Positions 20,475 to 29,741 of a stretch of 47,089 nt of DNA are shown one piece after another (the first letter of the stretch is position 1; each line of letters starts with the position of its first letter). Where the stretch lies: contig JAHQWW010000020.1 in the NCBI GenBank assembly GCA_029856365.1, positions 1 to 47,089 of the forward strand, read 5' to 3'. A program made the translations under genes and the position numbers. The DNA comes from Candidatus Hodarchaeota archaeon (GTDB lineage Archaea > Asgardarchaeota > Heimdallarchaeia > Hodarchaeales > Hodarchaeaceae). The notes under the pieces were generated by a model. That model was not told the DNA's origin and searched no databases. It saw only the letters and a program-made list of their open reading frames with translations.

Positions 20475-21140
20475 ATGAAGAACATTACCCATTATTATTT
20501 TGCTGTGGCAATAATATTGGTCGACATCTGGCTCTTGGATCCATTATCCTCTCTTGAAAAACTCCTGTTATTTCCTGTTGTGATTGGAGCTGGATCTTTA
20601 ACACTTCTACCAAATAAATTGGAAAAATGGCTTTGTATTGACCGAAAGACACGAACCTGCACCGAACGGTGTCGTCATCCGCTTACTCATCATCCTGTAC
20701 TCGTATTTGTACTCATCTGGATTTTTGGACTGATTCCTATAACCCCACCATATTTTCGGGTGTATCATCTTCTTGCGAAAATGATTCTCCTAGCCATTGG
20801 CTCTCATTTGGTACTTGATATGCTGACTCCAGAGGGCCTCCCTCTCGGACTTACCCCAACCGTGTTTTGTCAGGACGATACGAAAAATTACTCTTTCAAT
20901 GATATTACCAAACCCCGTATGCGATTGCGATTGTTTCAAGGGATTTTTTCAAGGGACAGTAGTAATGCTAATCGAAATATCATACTCACCAGTAAACTAA
21001 TTTTACTCGTATATTGTTTTGTATTAGTACTGGAAATTACCTATAATCCAGAAATATTGACCACTCTTTATCAAATCGTATTTGCACACTTAAATGGGTG
21101 GATTATGCTTGTGAAGGGAGAACTGAAACCATGGTTTTAA
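20475..21140 (+). CDS. YdjM-like (LexA-binding inner-membrane) metal-dependent hydrolase
   Basis: N-terminal TH, RHPLTHH and SHLVLDMLTPEGLP, with TM segments. Confidence 0.7.
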   Translation: MKNITHYYFAVAIILVDIWLLDPLSSLEKLLLFPVVIGAGSLTLLPNKLEKWLCIDRKTRTCTERCRHPLTHHPVLVFVLIWIFGLIPITPPYFRVYHLLAKMILLAIGSHLVLDMLTPEGLPLGLTPTVFCQDDTKNYSFNDITKPRMRLRLFQGIFSRDSSNANRNIILTSKLILLVYCFVLVLEITYNPEILTTLYQIVFAHLNGWIMLVKGELKPWF

Positions 21141-22147
21141 AGAGTGAGCATTTCAAGCAATATTTCACTTGGTTAGTTGTCGGGTTGCTTTATATTTTTT
21201 TGATCCATCCTTCTTCTGTCGAATGTGTCACAGCTTCTAGTATAGAAGCTAAATCGCACATTTTAGATCATGATTTACGATTAGCACGAGTGATTGAGGT
21301 AAATCAACAAATTATGACGATTAATCTTCAATCCTACCCTCTCTATCTTACTGAGTCGAGTTATATGACATTTGCACTATTTGAAGTTGAAAATGCAGGA
21401 GATGAGTTGAAAAAGATTACCATAATCCTGAGTGCTAGGGGGTATGAGTGGGAGGAACTCTTTCAGAGAAAAGAGGCTTTAGTTGATTATTGTTATGATT
21501 TTACGGAATTAACCGAGCTATATGTACCTTTGGAGGGAATTGATAACTTACCTCCACCCCTCACTCTACAAATATTTCTCATCCTTGAATATTATCCTCA
21601 ACTCAGTGACACTTCCGCACGATTTAGCCTTCTTAAAACCATATTGCGCCAAATCCGCTCTGTTCCCGAGTCTGATCTCTTAATCTTTCCTACAGAGTTT
21701 AATCTTAACTTCCCAAATCACACATATTCCTTTGAAACAGCTCACTTTATCTTAACTTCATATTATCTTACAAATATTACCGCTTCGGAACGACTCTCCG
21801 CTCTAATAGAACTAAAGACTGAAGTTTCTGTTAGAGTCCTTGAATCATCCGAAATAACACAAATTAACAATGCAGGTAATCTGACAAGCTTTCAAGTCGT
21901 CATGATCACCAACCTGACAAAACGAAGAGTTAGCCTTGAAGTCCAAGGAATGATTAGTGGCCACTCCTACGCTGTAACATTGAAACTTCATTCCACCGAG
22001 ATACAGCAGCAAAATCATTCTATTTTCCAAGGCAGTTTACCAGCTCATCCAATCCCCTCTTGGCTTATGATGCCCTTCTGGCTCATCTTTCTCTTTGGGG
22101 TTCCCATCATTTACCTCTTCAGGCAAGAGGATGAATCGATCAAATAA
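21131..22147 (+). CDS. Secreted/membrane-anchored beta-rich surface protein
   Basis: Likely start ATG 21131 overlaps the upstream stop (coupled). N-terminal signal/TM, beta-rich body, C-terminal TM WLMMPFWLIFLFGVPIIYLF. Confidence 0.7.
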   Translation: MVLKSEHFKQYFTWLVVGLLYIFLIHPSSVECVTASSIEAKSHILDHDLRLARVIEVNQQIMTINLQSYPLYLTESSYMTFALFEVENAGDELKKITIILSARGYEWEELFQRKEALVDYCYDFTELTELYVPLEGIDNLPPPLTLQIFLILEYYPQLSDTSARFSLLKTILRQIRSVPESDLLIFPTEFNLNFPNHTYSFETAHFILTSYYLTNITASERLSALIELKTEVSVRVLESSEITQINNAGNLTSFQVVMITNLTKRRVSLEVQGMISGHSYAVTLKLHSTEIQQQNHSIFQGSLPAHPIPSWLMMPFWLIFLFGVPIIYLFRQEDESIK

Positions 22148-25061
22148 ACGAAGAATCATGTCGCGTCGAAATGTAATAATATTCCAATTTATGCTACCAG
22201 GCATTTTTGTTATAGTAGGATACAATTATTTAAACACGATCCAGTATTCTGAGGGTTATGATATCCTCCGATTAGTCTTTCTTTCATTGATAGGAACTTT
22301 CTTAGGACAATACCTCTTCGATCAGATAGATCAACAAGAAAGAATTCTGAACATGTCTTATGAAGAAGAAGCCGAGCTTTATGGCTTTCTCAAACTCCCC
22401 AATGCATTATTTTTCGATTTCGGGTATAAATTGAGTACCATTTTTGGAATCCTCTTTTCTTCCACGACTAAAACTGATAATTATGCCCCTATTATAGAAT
22501 ATCAGACCCAATTTAATCTTAATCAGGGGGAATCACAGATTGGCACTTATTATCTCTGTTGTTATGAGATACCTATGGATCAAGATTGGCACTCTTCATC
22601 CAAACAACGCCAACAGCATCATATGGAGCAAATAAAGCAGCAAATTGCTAATACTCAACATGTTCTCCAGAAACAAATTCCGGGTGTAAAATTTCGTTTT
22701 CTTACCCGTTCCGAAATATTAGAAGAACATGGCTTTAATGGAGATAGTGGATGGGATGAACTCCTAGCTTCTGATTTTATCAATTTAGGGAAAGTGAAAG
22801 TAACAAGATACAATAACGACGTTCTTCTCATAACAAAAATCTCTCCCGATAATCCTAAAGTAAAAGAACAAGTACTCCTTTCAATTATTGGGGTAACAAC
22901 AGACCTCAAAGATAATTTCCACCTGCTTAATCGAGTTCCAGAGGGACATAACGGAGTCTCTACTTGGCGTTGGAATCGGGTGGAAGAGCAATACAAGAAA
23001 GGTTGGTTACATCCTCGGAAAATTTTCACCACACAAAATTATATCATCATTAAATCATCCCTTCAAGGAGCGGATTCTTTTTTCCAACAGACCTTGGATC
23101 AATTATATGAACAACTCCTTGAAACACGAAAGGATGTCCTCAGTTTTGTCAAGAATGGATTTAAATGTACTGATATTAAGAAAGAAGACTTGATGCGAGT
23201 CTTTCTTCACAAGAATCCTGTTGAAACGGGAAAGGGAAGAGTCAAGTATGATCAAGCATATCTTCGCGCTGTCACACAGCTAACCCGAGTTCCTGGCAGG
23301 ATGATCCCCATGTTACCCTACAGTACGGTTCCTGTTAATATCCCATTGGGTACCAACTTTATTAATCCAGAGAAAATCATAGGATTAAAAGAGTTATCGA
23401 AACTCATTGTCTATTGTGGATCAGATCAAGAACTTTTGACTGGCGCTTTACAACATTTTATTAAAACAATCTTAACACCTGAGAGAAAAATTATCATTAT
23501 TGATTTTAATAATGACCTTGGGAGTCTTGTTAATGTGCTTTCTCGGGGAAAAAAGGATAACACTCCTATCACACTTTTACAATTGGGACAAAACTTCTCG
23601 CTCAATATCTACGACGTCGAACCTCCTGCCCACATCTCCAACCGGAACAGCCAGACCGCTTATCAAATGAATACCGTCGTTCATATGCTGGCTTATGCTA
23701 GTAAAACAGATGTACTGGTAACGAATCTTGTACAACTTAGACATGCCATGATAGAGGTAGCTAAGAAGTTAAATCCTAAGGAGTCACACGAAGAGTTGTC
23801 CCTTCAAAAAATTACAGATTCTGAGGTCTTTTCTGACGTTTTTCGGACAACCGATCATCTTACCATGGAACGTCTTGGCAGAGAACTCGAGTATTATTCA
23901 GCATCCCCAGAACTTAATGATGGGAATAAATACTCTGATGTTATCAATAATCTTGGCCGGACTCCTGGGATTACGTTGATTCAATTTCCAACACAGACCT
24001 ACGTCCACAAGCGACTTGCATTTGTATTTCTACTTCAAAAATTGGCAGCTCGTTGTGATACGCAAACAATAGTTGTTGTAACCCATGCGTCAAAACTCTT
24101 CGGAAAAGAGAATGACAATCTTCAACAACGAATTTTTGAAGAATCCGTCAACCAACCTTACTCTAAGATTCTTCACTCAGGCTGTTTGGTACTTGCTACC
24201 CATTCCGTGACAACTTTGCACCCCGAAATACAAAAAGATATTACGACAGGAGTGTTTTTTAGGTTACTAAATGTTGAAGATCGGGACTGGCTTTCAGTTC
24301 GATATACTCTCGAAGCGAAACTTGCTGATGATGTTCCCAATGTATCTGCATTTCTCAAAAGTTTACAAGGGGAGGGACTATTATTTCGAGAGGATAATAT
24401 CCATACCTGTGATCATTTCGTTCCATTTACATTAGACCCTGTAGAATCCATACATAGGGGTGAGGATGAATCTCCTATTCCCTCTTTAGATCCGCTTTCT
24501 TTGGATGAAGTACAATTTACACTATTAATTACTGTTTTAGGTCACATTCAGAACCAAGCTGTTACCGAGCACACAATGCTTCAATATCTTCGTGATTTAG
24601 GCTATACAATCATTATGACAAATTGGGAGAATGTGTGTAGGTTTCCCTATGTTACCCTTTCCAGCAATGGAAACGATAGAATCCTTTCCATCACTGAAGA
24701 AGGGAAATCATATTACTCTTATATTAATACCCTTGTCCAGCAACTTCCTCCTCCTATAGCATTAGATTCACTTACCATTGATTCCACTCTAAAAGATCTA
24801 GGCGATCGTGTCAATCAATCATTCCAAAATAATCCTGTGGAACATCAACAACTCAAAAAAGTTATTGGGGAAGTAGCGGGCGCTCTTCTAAATGAATACC
24901 TGCGGATTCAGGGTATTACCGACTGGTGTCTTGTGAAGAAGTATGTAGATTTACTGGAAATCGAGGGGATTCACCCTAATCACCATTCTCAGCGATTTGC
25001 CCTATTAGAATTGTTGTATGCACAGATAGAAAATAACCTACAGGCAAAACCATCCTCATAA
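22131..25061 (+). CDS. Membrane-anchored HerA/FtsK/VirB4-like ATPase, catalytically degenerate, with C-terminal wHTH-like region
   Basis: Two N-terminal TMs. HerA-like strand order: LIVYCGSDQELLTG (eroded Walker A), KIIIIDFNND, FSLNIYD, IVVVTHASKLF (eroded Walker B DEAH), LVLATHS and FFRL...DRDWL. LSITEEGKSY wing. Start ATG 22131 or 22158. Confidence 0.6.
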   Translation: MNRSNKRRIMSRRNVIIFQFMLPGIFVIVGYNYLNTIQYSEGYDILRLVFLSLIGTFLGQYLFDQIDQQERILNMSYEEEAELYGFLKLPNALFFDFGYKLSTIFGILFSSTTKTDNYAPIIEYQTQFNLNQGESQIGTYYLCCYEIPMDQDWHSSSKQRQQHHMEQIKQQIANTQHVLQKQIPGVKFRFLTRSEILEEHGFNGDSGWDELLASDFINLGKVKVTRYNNDVLLITKISPDNPKVKEQVLLSIIGVTTDLKDNFHLLNRVPEGHNGVSTWRWNRVEEQYKKGWLHPRKIFTTQNYIIIKSSLQGADSFFQQTLDQLYEQLLETRKDVLSFVKNGFKCTDIKKEDLMRVFLHKNPVETGKGRVKYDQAYLRAVTQLTRVPGRMIPMLPYSTVPVNIPLGTNFINPEKIIGLKELSKLIVYCGSDQELLTGALQHFIKTILTPERKIIIIDFNNDLGSLVNVLSRGKKDNTPITLLQLGQNFSLNIYDVEPPAHISNRNSQTAYQMNTVVHMLAYASKTDVLVTNLVQLRHAMIEVAKKLNPKESHEELSLQKITDSEVFSDVFRTTDHLTMERLGRELEYYSASPELNDGNKYSDVINNLGRTPGITLIQFPTQTYVHKRLAFVFLLQKLAARCDTQTIVVVTHASKLFGKENDNLQQRIFEESVNQPYSKILHSGCLVLATHSVTTLHPEIQKDITTGVFFRLLNVEDRDWLSVRYTLEAKLADDVPNVSAFLKSLQGEGLLFREDNIHTCDHFVPFTLDPVESIHRGEDESPIPSLDPLSLDEVQFTLLITVLGHIQNQAVTEHTMLQYLRDLGYTIIMTNWENVCRFPYVTLSSNGNDRILSITEEGKSYYSYINTLVQQLPPPIALDSLTIDSTLKDLGDRVNQSFQNNPVEHQQLKKVIGEVAGALLNEYLRIQGITDWCLVKKYVDLLEIEGIHPNHHSQRFALLELLYAQIENNLQAKPSS

Positions 25062-25184
25062 GGTAGATTTTATCCCCTTTCATCCGCCTTTTTATCCATT
25101 AGAATTTTTGAATATAAATAGGTTTGATGAGAATAGTGAGTAGAACAGTTCAGGGGTTCCACCATCAACTGTTCATATATTTGA

Positions 25185-28100
25185 TTGAGGATGAAAATGG
25201 CCTTTGAGGAAGAAACTCATCAGCAGCAGGATGATGAAATCACACGGCTTCAAAAACAGAAGGAAAATGACCAATTCCAACGCGAGCTTGATGTGATCAT
25301 CACTCGTCTAGAAAATGAGCAATTTCAAAAGGAACTCGATGAGATCATTGAGCGACTTGAACAAAAGGCTCAAGAGCATCCATCTACTAAAGAAGAAATA
25401 TCATTGGATGAATCTGTGACAGAAAAGGAGAGGGAACTGCCAAATCCACTTGAAATTTTATCTCAAAGCTCAGAGGATCAACTGATCCTCCAAAAAGAAC
25501 ATGAAAAAGAGCAGCAAACACAAAACCAAGATTTAACAAAATCGGAAGATACAAAGAGGAATCAAGAGGGAGAGTTGCGACATGAATTAGATGTCTTGAC
25601 TGAGTGTCACGACCAACATTTCTCCAAATATGAAGAGAATACAGAAGGACAAGTTACTGAGGATCAAGTGTCTCAACGGATGCAGAGACAGAAATACGAA
25701 AAGACTGTTGAAGACTTGCGAGAGGGGGTTGAAATCACTTCTCAACAGCAATCATTAACTGAAAAAGAACCAACTCCGTATAAAGATGTCCAATCTATTT
25801 TTCATGAGGAAAAAACTGAAAAAGAGCTCTATAGAATAAAAGAAGAATCAGGATTGCCCTTACAAAGAACTCTTCTCAGAAAACGATCATACTGCATTGA
25901 TTTTGGCCCAACAATGATACCAAGGGTTGAAAAATTCGGTTTTACACAATCAACACCGATAACAGTAACTGTCCATGATAGGGATTCCAATAAAAGTGAA
26001 TCATACATAAGACGAATGGGAAAAATTACAGGAAAGAAACCAAACAGGAGTATGACATTCGCTTTGGGATCAGACATTGGAGATTTATATAAATTCGACA
26101 CAAAACAAAAAGTCCTTGCAAAAGTCATGAAAAATAAAATGGAGATTACATTAGAGAAAGAAAATTACAATTATAGGTTTATTATAACCCCAGGAATAGA
26201 CCAAAATCAGAAATATAGCATTTTAAGAGCTTATACACAAGTCTCAGATTATATTAATACTTTTTCTACTAAAGAAATCCCTGTACTGGAACGGTTTGGG
26301 TTTAAACCATCGAATAACGTATTATTTCATGTTTACCAGAAAACATCACACAAATTTCTTGAACAATCAGTAATTAGATTAGGTGAATCACGAAAAGTAG
26401 GTCAAAAAAGCTATCAATTAAAACTGGGTCTTCCTCAAACGACATTGAAACGTTTTAATTTTGGAAATTCAAGGCTAATTAAATTTACAATAACACCAAA
26501 TAAAATGGTTCTAACACAAGTCAAAAAAGATGATCCGCTGAAGGAAAGGCAAGAATATAATTATTATTTCACTATTACGCCTTTTAAAGAAAAAAAGATT
26601 GGAATTACCCAGCGGGGCCTTGAGAGAATAAACTACTATTATGCAGCCTACATTGGATATGAATTTGAACGATTAGGGCAAGAAATCCTGTCTTATCTCT
26701 TTCCAAAGGCTCAGATCTACAGACAACGAGAACATCTAGTCAAAATTAAAGGAAAAGAAAAAACAATTCGGCCTGATGCAACATTACTTGAGCATGGTAA
26801 GCCCATGACCTTTATTGATTTCAAAAAATCAATAGGAGCAATTCGGCCAAGAACTCTCAATTATCTAAGATATTTTCCAAAAAGTCGCTTAATAATCGGT
26901 GTCCTAGAAGAATTTGGTCATTCTTGGGGAAAAAAACATATAAAAAACAAACTGAACAAAATGGGATTGAATCAGACAGAGAAAAAAGAAATAATGACAC
27001 GAATCACCGTCTTACATAAGTCTGATATCGCAAGCAGGTTACCGAAGGAAAGAAAGAGGGAGTTTGAGACAAAAATCATGGAAATTCAAAATGAACTGCC
27101 GAAAGACAGGTTAGATGCGCTAAAAAAGGCGAAAAAATTAACTACCAAGATAATAGACAGATTGAGTGGTTTAGGATTACCCCAAGAAACAATTGGAAAA
27201 GTTAACAAGCCCACTCGGGGAATACTGCGCAGCTTACAAAGCCTTCTGATCTTAGAAAGGTTATTATCATCTGATTATGAAACAGTAAAGAGTTTAGCAG
27301 ATCACGATGAATTAAAGGATAAACGAATGGTTCAGCTGCGACTAAGACAACTAGAAAGGATCGGGATAGTGAGAGAAAGATATTTTAGAGTGGGATTATC
27401 GAATAGATATTACTATTATTATTTTGAGAAAAAACCACCTGAATTAACAGATATTCTAGAACCTCAAGCAGTAAATGGATTAAAAATACTAATGAAAAAT
27501 AACTATATTCCAAGGAAAGAGGTGAATGACAAAGTTTTACAAAGAATCATTGGTCCTCATTGGTTAACAGCGTTAAAAATATCTTCTATCATTAATGAAA
27601 AGAAAATTATAACGATGGAAGATTTAGCTTCTGAAGATAATATTAAAATTGAGTCTCATCATCAAGTCCTTTATTCTTTAAAAAAGATAGGAGTTGTCAA
27701 TTACTATCGAATCTTCAGAGAATTTAATGACCATAAAGTTGTTTACTTCTTTACTCATGATTTTCCAAATGGATTGACTCTTTTAGACCAAATAAAATAC
27801 TTGAAACCTTATCAGAAAACCATTTTGAATGAGTTTCAGAGAAATAATATAATAATCCCAGAACTTAATTCATTTAATGAATGGTTGGGAGATCATTGGC
27901 CAGTTGTATTAAGAGTCTATAATGTATTACTTACTAATGAAAATTTACCTCAATCAAATGGAACCAAAATACTCCATCTTTACGACTTAGTTCAGAGGAT
28001 GAAGGATTGTTCTTTTGGGATACGGAATGCACTAAACAAATTAGATGAGATTGGAGTATTAGATCGATATTCTTGGTTTGAAAAATCATTTTATTTTCAG

Positions 28101-28451
28101 TTTAAAGGTACTATACCAGTTCCTCTGACTGACAATCCCCTTCTTCCTATTGATATTAAAAAACCATTGAAAGCAATAGAGGAAATTACTAATATTCATT
28201 TTCAAGATCTAACTCATCTACGAGAAATTATGACGCGTCATTGGAAGAATTCATTAAGGATATACAAAATTCTATCAAAAATTGAGACTTCATACTCAAA
28301 AGGAATCAGTCGTGATAATCTTATAAAAACACTTAAACATAACAATATAATATTAAAAAATCTTACCAGATATATTAAACCTCTTAAGGACATGGGAGTA
28401 CTGTTTACATACAGGAATGGACAACAGATGTTCTATCAACTAAGATATTGA
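25185..28451 (+). CDS. Multidomain protein: acidic coiled N-terminus, duplicated beta-rich module, PD-(D/E)XK nuclease, four tandem wHTH repeats
   Basis: GYEFERLGQEIL...IRPDATL...FIDFKKS. Repeats LRQLERIGIV / LYSLKKIGVV / LNKLDEIGVL / IKPLKDMGVL and IIGPHW / WLGDHW / IMTRHW. Confidence 0.75.
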   Translation: MRMKMAFEEETHQQQDDEITRLQKQKENDQFQRELDVIITRLENEQFQKELDEIIERLEQKAQEHPSTKEEISLDESVTEKERELPNPLEILSQSSEDQLILQKEHEKEQQTQNQDLTKSEDTKRNQEGELRHELDVLTECHDQHFSKYEENTEGQVTEDQVSQRMQRQKYEKTVEDLREGVEITSQQQSLTEKEPTPYKDVQSIFHEEKTEKELYRIKEESGLPLQRTLLRKRSYCIDFGPTMIPRVEKFGFTQSTPITVTVHDRDSNKSESYIRRMGKITGKKPNRSMTFALGSDIGDLYKFDTKQKVLAKVMKNKMEITLEKENYNYRFIITPGIDQNQKYSILRAYTQVSDYINTFSTKEIPVLERFGFKPSNNVLFHVYQKTSHKFLEQSVIRLGESRKVGQKSYQLKLGLPQTTLKRFNFGNSRLIKFTITPNKMVLTQVKKDDPLKERQEYNYYFTITPFKEKKIGITQRGLERINYYYAAYIGYEFERLGQEILSYLFPKAQIYRQREHLVKIKGKEKTIRPDATLLEHGKPMTFIDFKKSIGAIRPRTLNYLRYFPKSRLIIGVLEEFGHSWGKKHIKNKLNKMGLNQTEKKEIMTRITVLHKSDIASRLPKERKREFETKIMEIQNELPKDRLDALKKAKKLTTKIIDRLSGLGLPQETIGKVNKPTRGILRSLQSLLILERLLSSDYETVKSLADHDELKDKRMVQLRLRQLERIGIVRERYFRVGLSNRYYYYYFEKKPPELTDILEPQAVNGLKILMKNNYIPRKEVNDKVLQRIIGPHWLTALKISSIINEKKIITMEDLASEDNIKIESHHQVLYSLKKIGVVNYYRIFREFNDHKVVYFFTHDFPNGLTLLDQIKYLKPYQKTILNEFQRNNIIIPELNSFNEWLGDHWPVVLRVYNVLLTNENLPQSNGTKILHLYDLVQRMKDCSFGIRNALNKLDEIGVLDRYSWFEKSFYFQFKGTIPVPLTDNPLLPIDIKKPLKAIEEITNIHFQDLTHLREIMTRHWKNSLRIYKILSKIETSYSKGISRDNLIKTLKHNNIILKNLTRYIKPLKDMGVLFTYRNGQQMFYQLRY
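25263..25358 (+). repeat. 2x48-bp coding tandem repeat (ENDQFQRELDVIITRL / ENEQFQKELDEIIERL)
   Basis: Visible directly in DNA and protein. Confidence 0.75.
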
Positions 28452-28548
28452 TTTATTCTATTATCTACATCTTTAAAGCTCGAAATGTATTTTTTCAAAG
28501 GTGAAAACTCTTTAAGTACATCTGAAAAGATATTTTTGGTGTGATTAT

Positions 28549-29694
28549 TTGTCAAAAGTCGCAGTTATCGAAACAATGCCCCAGAATATCATTGAAGATT
28601 ATTCTAAATTGCTAGATCTTATAGATTTCCATTCTATAATTAGAAAAGAATTGAAAACAATCATTAAAATAAATTTATCTTGGACACGATTTTACCCCGC
28701 ATGTTCTACCCCTCCATGGCAACTAGATGGGGTATTACAAAAATTAACCAAAGATGGATTCAAATCAGAAGATTTAATCCCCGTAGAAAACCAGACTGTC
28801 GTGACAAAACCATGGGAAGGCTTCTTTGAAAACAAACTCCTTAAAGTTTTAAGTAATTACAACACCCAGTTTCGTCCTCTTACCAATGAAAAATGGGTTA
28901 AATTTGATCCTAAGGGTGACGTTCCTTGGATGCGAGAATTATTCAAGGATAATATTATCATTCCAGAAGTGTTTATGAATAGCAATATTGTACATTTACC
29001 TACTTTGAAGGTGCATGGCCACACAGTCACAACGGGAGCGATCAAAAACGCTTTTGGAGGATTAATTCCGAAGTACCGTCACCATTCTCATCGAATAATT
29101 GATGGCATTTTAGTTGATTTATTAACAATCCAAAAAGAAATCCACCCAGGCATGTTAGCAGTGATGGATGGTACCGTTGCTGGAGATGGTGCTGGCCCTC
29201 GTGTAATGGAGCCCGTTTACACTAATCTTCTTCTTGCGAGTGAAGATCAAGTTGCTATTGATGCCCTTTCTGCCAAGATAATGGGTTTTGACCCCTTGAG
29301 TATAAAATACATCCAAATGGCTCATGACCAGGGCCTTGGTACTGGGGATGTTGATCAGATTGAGATAATTGGATTAGACTCCGAAGAAGTACAAAATATG
29401 AATTTTAATTTCAATGTGAAACGAAGTCTTGTGGTCCGGTGGGATCAAAGGTTACGAAATACTACTTATCGCTATCGTCCATTAAAACCCTTTCACTGGT
29501 TGTTTTTCCACACTCCAATCTTCAAACTGTTGATCGCAGGATCGAGCATATATCACGATTGGTTCTGGTATAGATTCATTGGAAAAAGAAAAATCGAGAT
29601 GTTCCAGCAGACAGACTGGGGTAAATTGTTTGATAGCTACAAATATGGTGAGAAAGAAGAATATCCAAAAATTAAAGACTGGAATCCCTATTGA
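28549..29694 (+). CDS. DUF362 domain protein
   Basis: IKINLSW, HLPTLKVHGHTVTTGAIKNAFG, VMDGTVAGDGAGP and ASEDQVAIDA. GGTGTGA RBS and TTG start. Confidence 0.88.
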   Translation: MSKVAVIETMPQNIIEDYSKLLDLIDFHSIIRKELKTIIKINLSWTRFYPACSTPPWQLDGVLQKLTKDGFKSEDLIPVENQTVVTKPWEGFFENKLLKVLSNYNTQFRPLTNEKWVKFDPKGDVPWMRELFKDNIIIPEVFMNSNIVHLPTLKVHGHTVTTGAIKNAFGGLIPKYRHHSHRIIDGILVDLLTIQKEIHPGMLAVMDGTVAGDGAGPRVMEPVYTNLLLASEDQVAIDALSAKIMGFDPLSIKYIQMAHDQGLGTGDVDQIEIIGLDSEEVQNMNFNFNVKRSLVVRWDQRLRNTTYRYRPLKPFHWLFFHTPIFKLLIAGSSIYHDWFWYRFIGKRKIEMFQQTDWGKLFDSYKYGEKEEYPKIKDWNPY

Positions 29695-29741
29695 TTTTAT
29701 GAGGTGAAAATAAAAGAGGGAGAGAAAAAAAGAGAACCAGC

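Noticed and set aside
17170-28550. att sites, integrase or terminal repeats delimiting the island
   Set aside because: No integrase or tRNA was found. Only a 9-bp GTGAAAACT match (near 17176 and 28501) was seen, which is expected by chance in AT-rich DNA.
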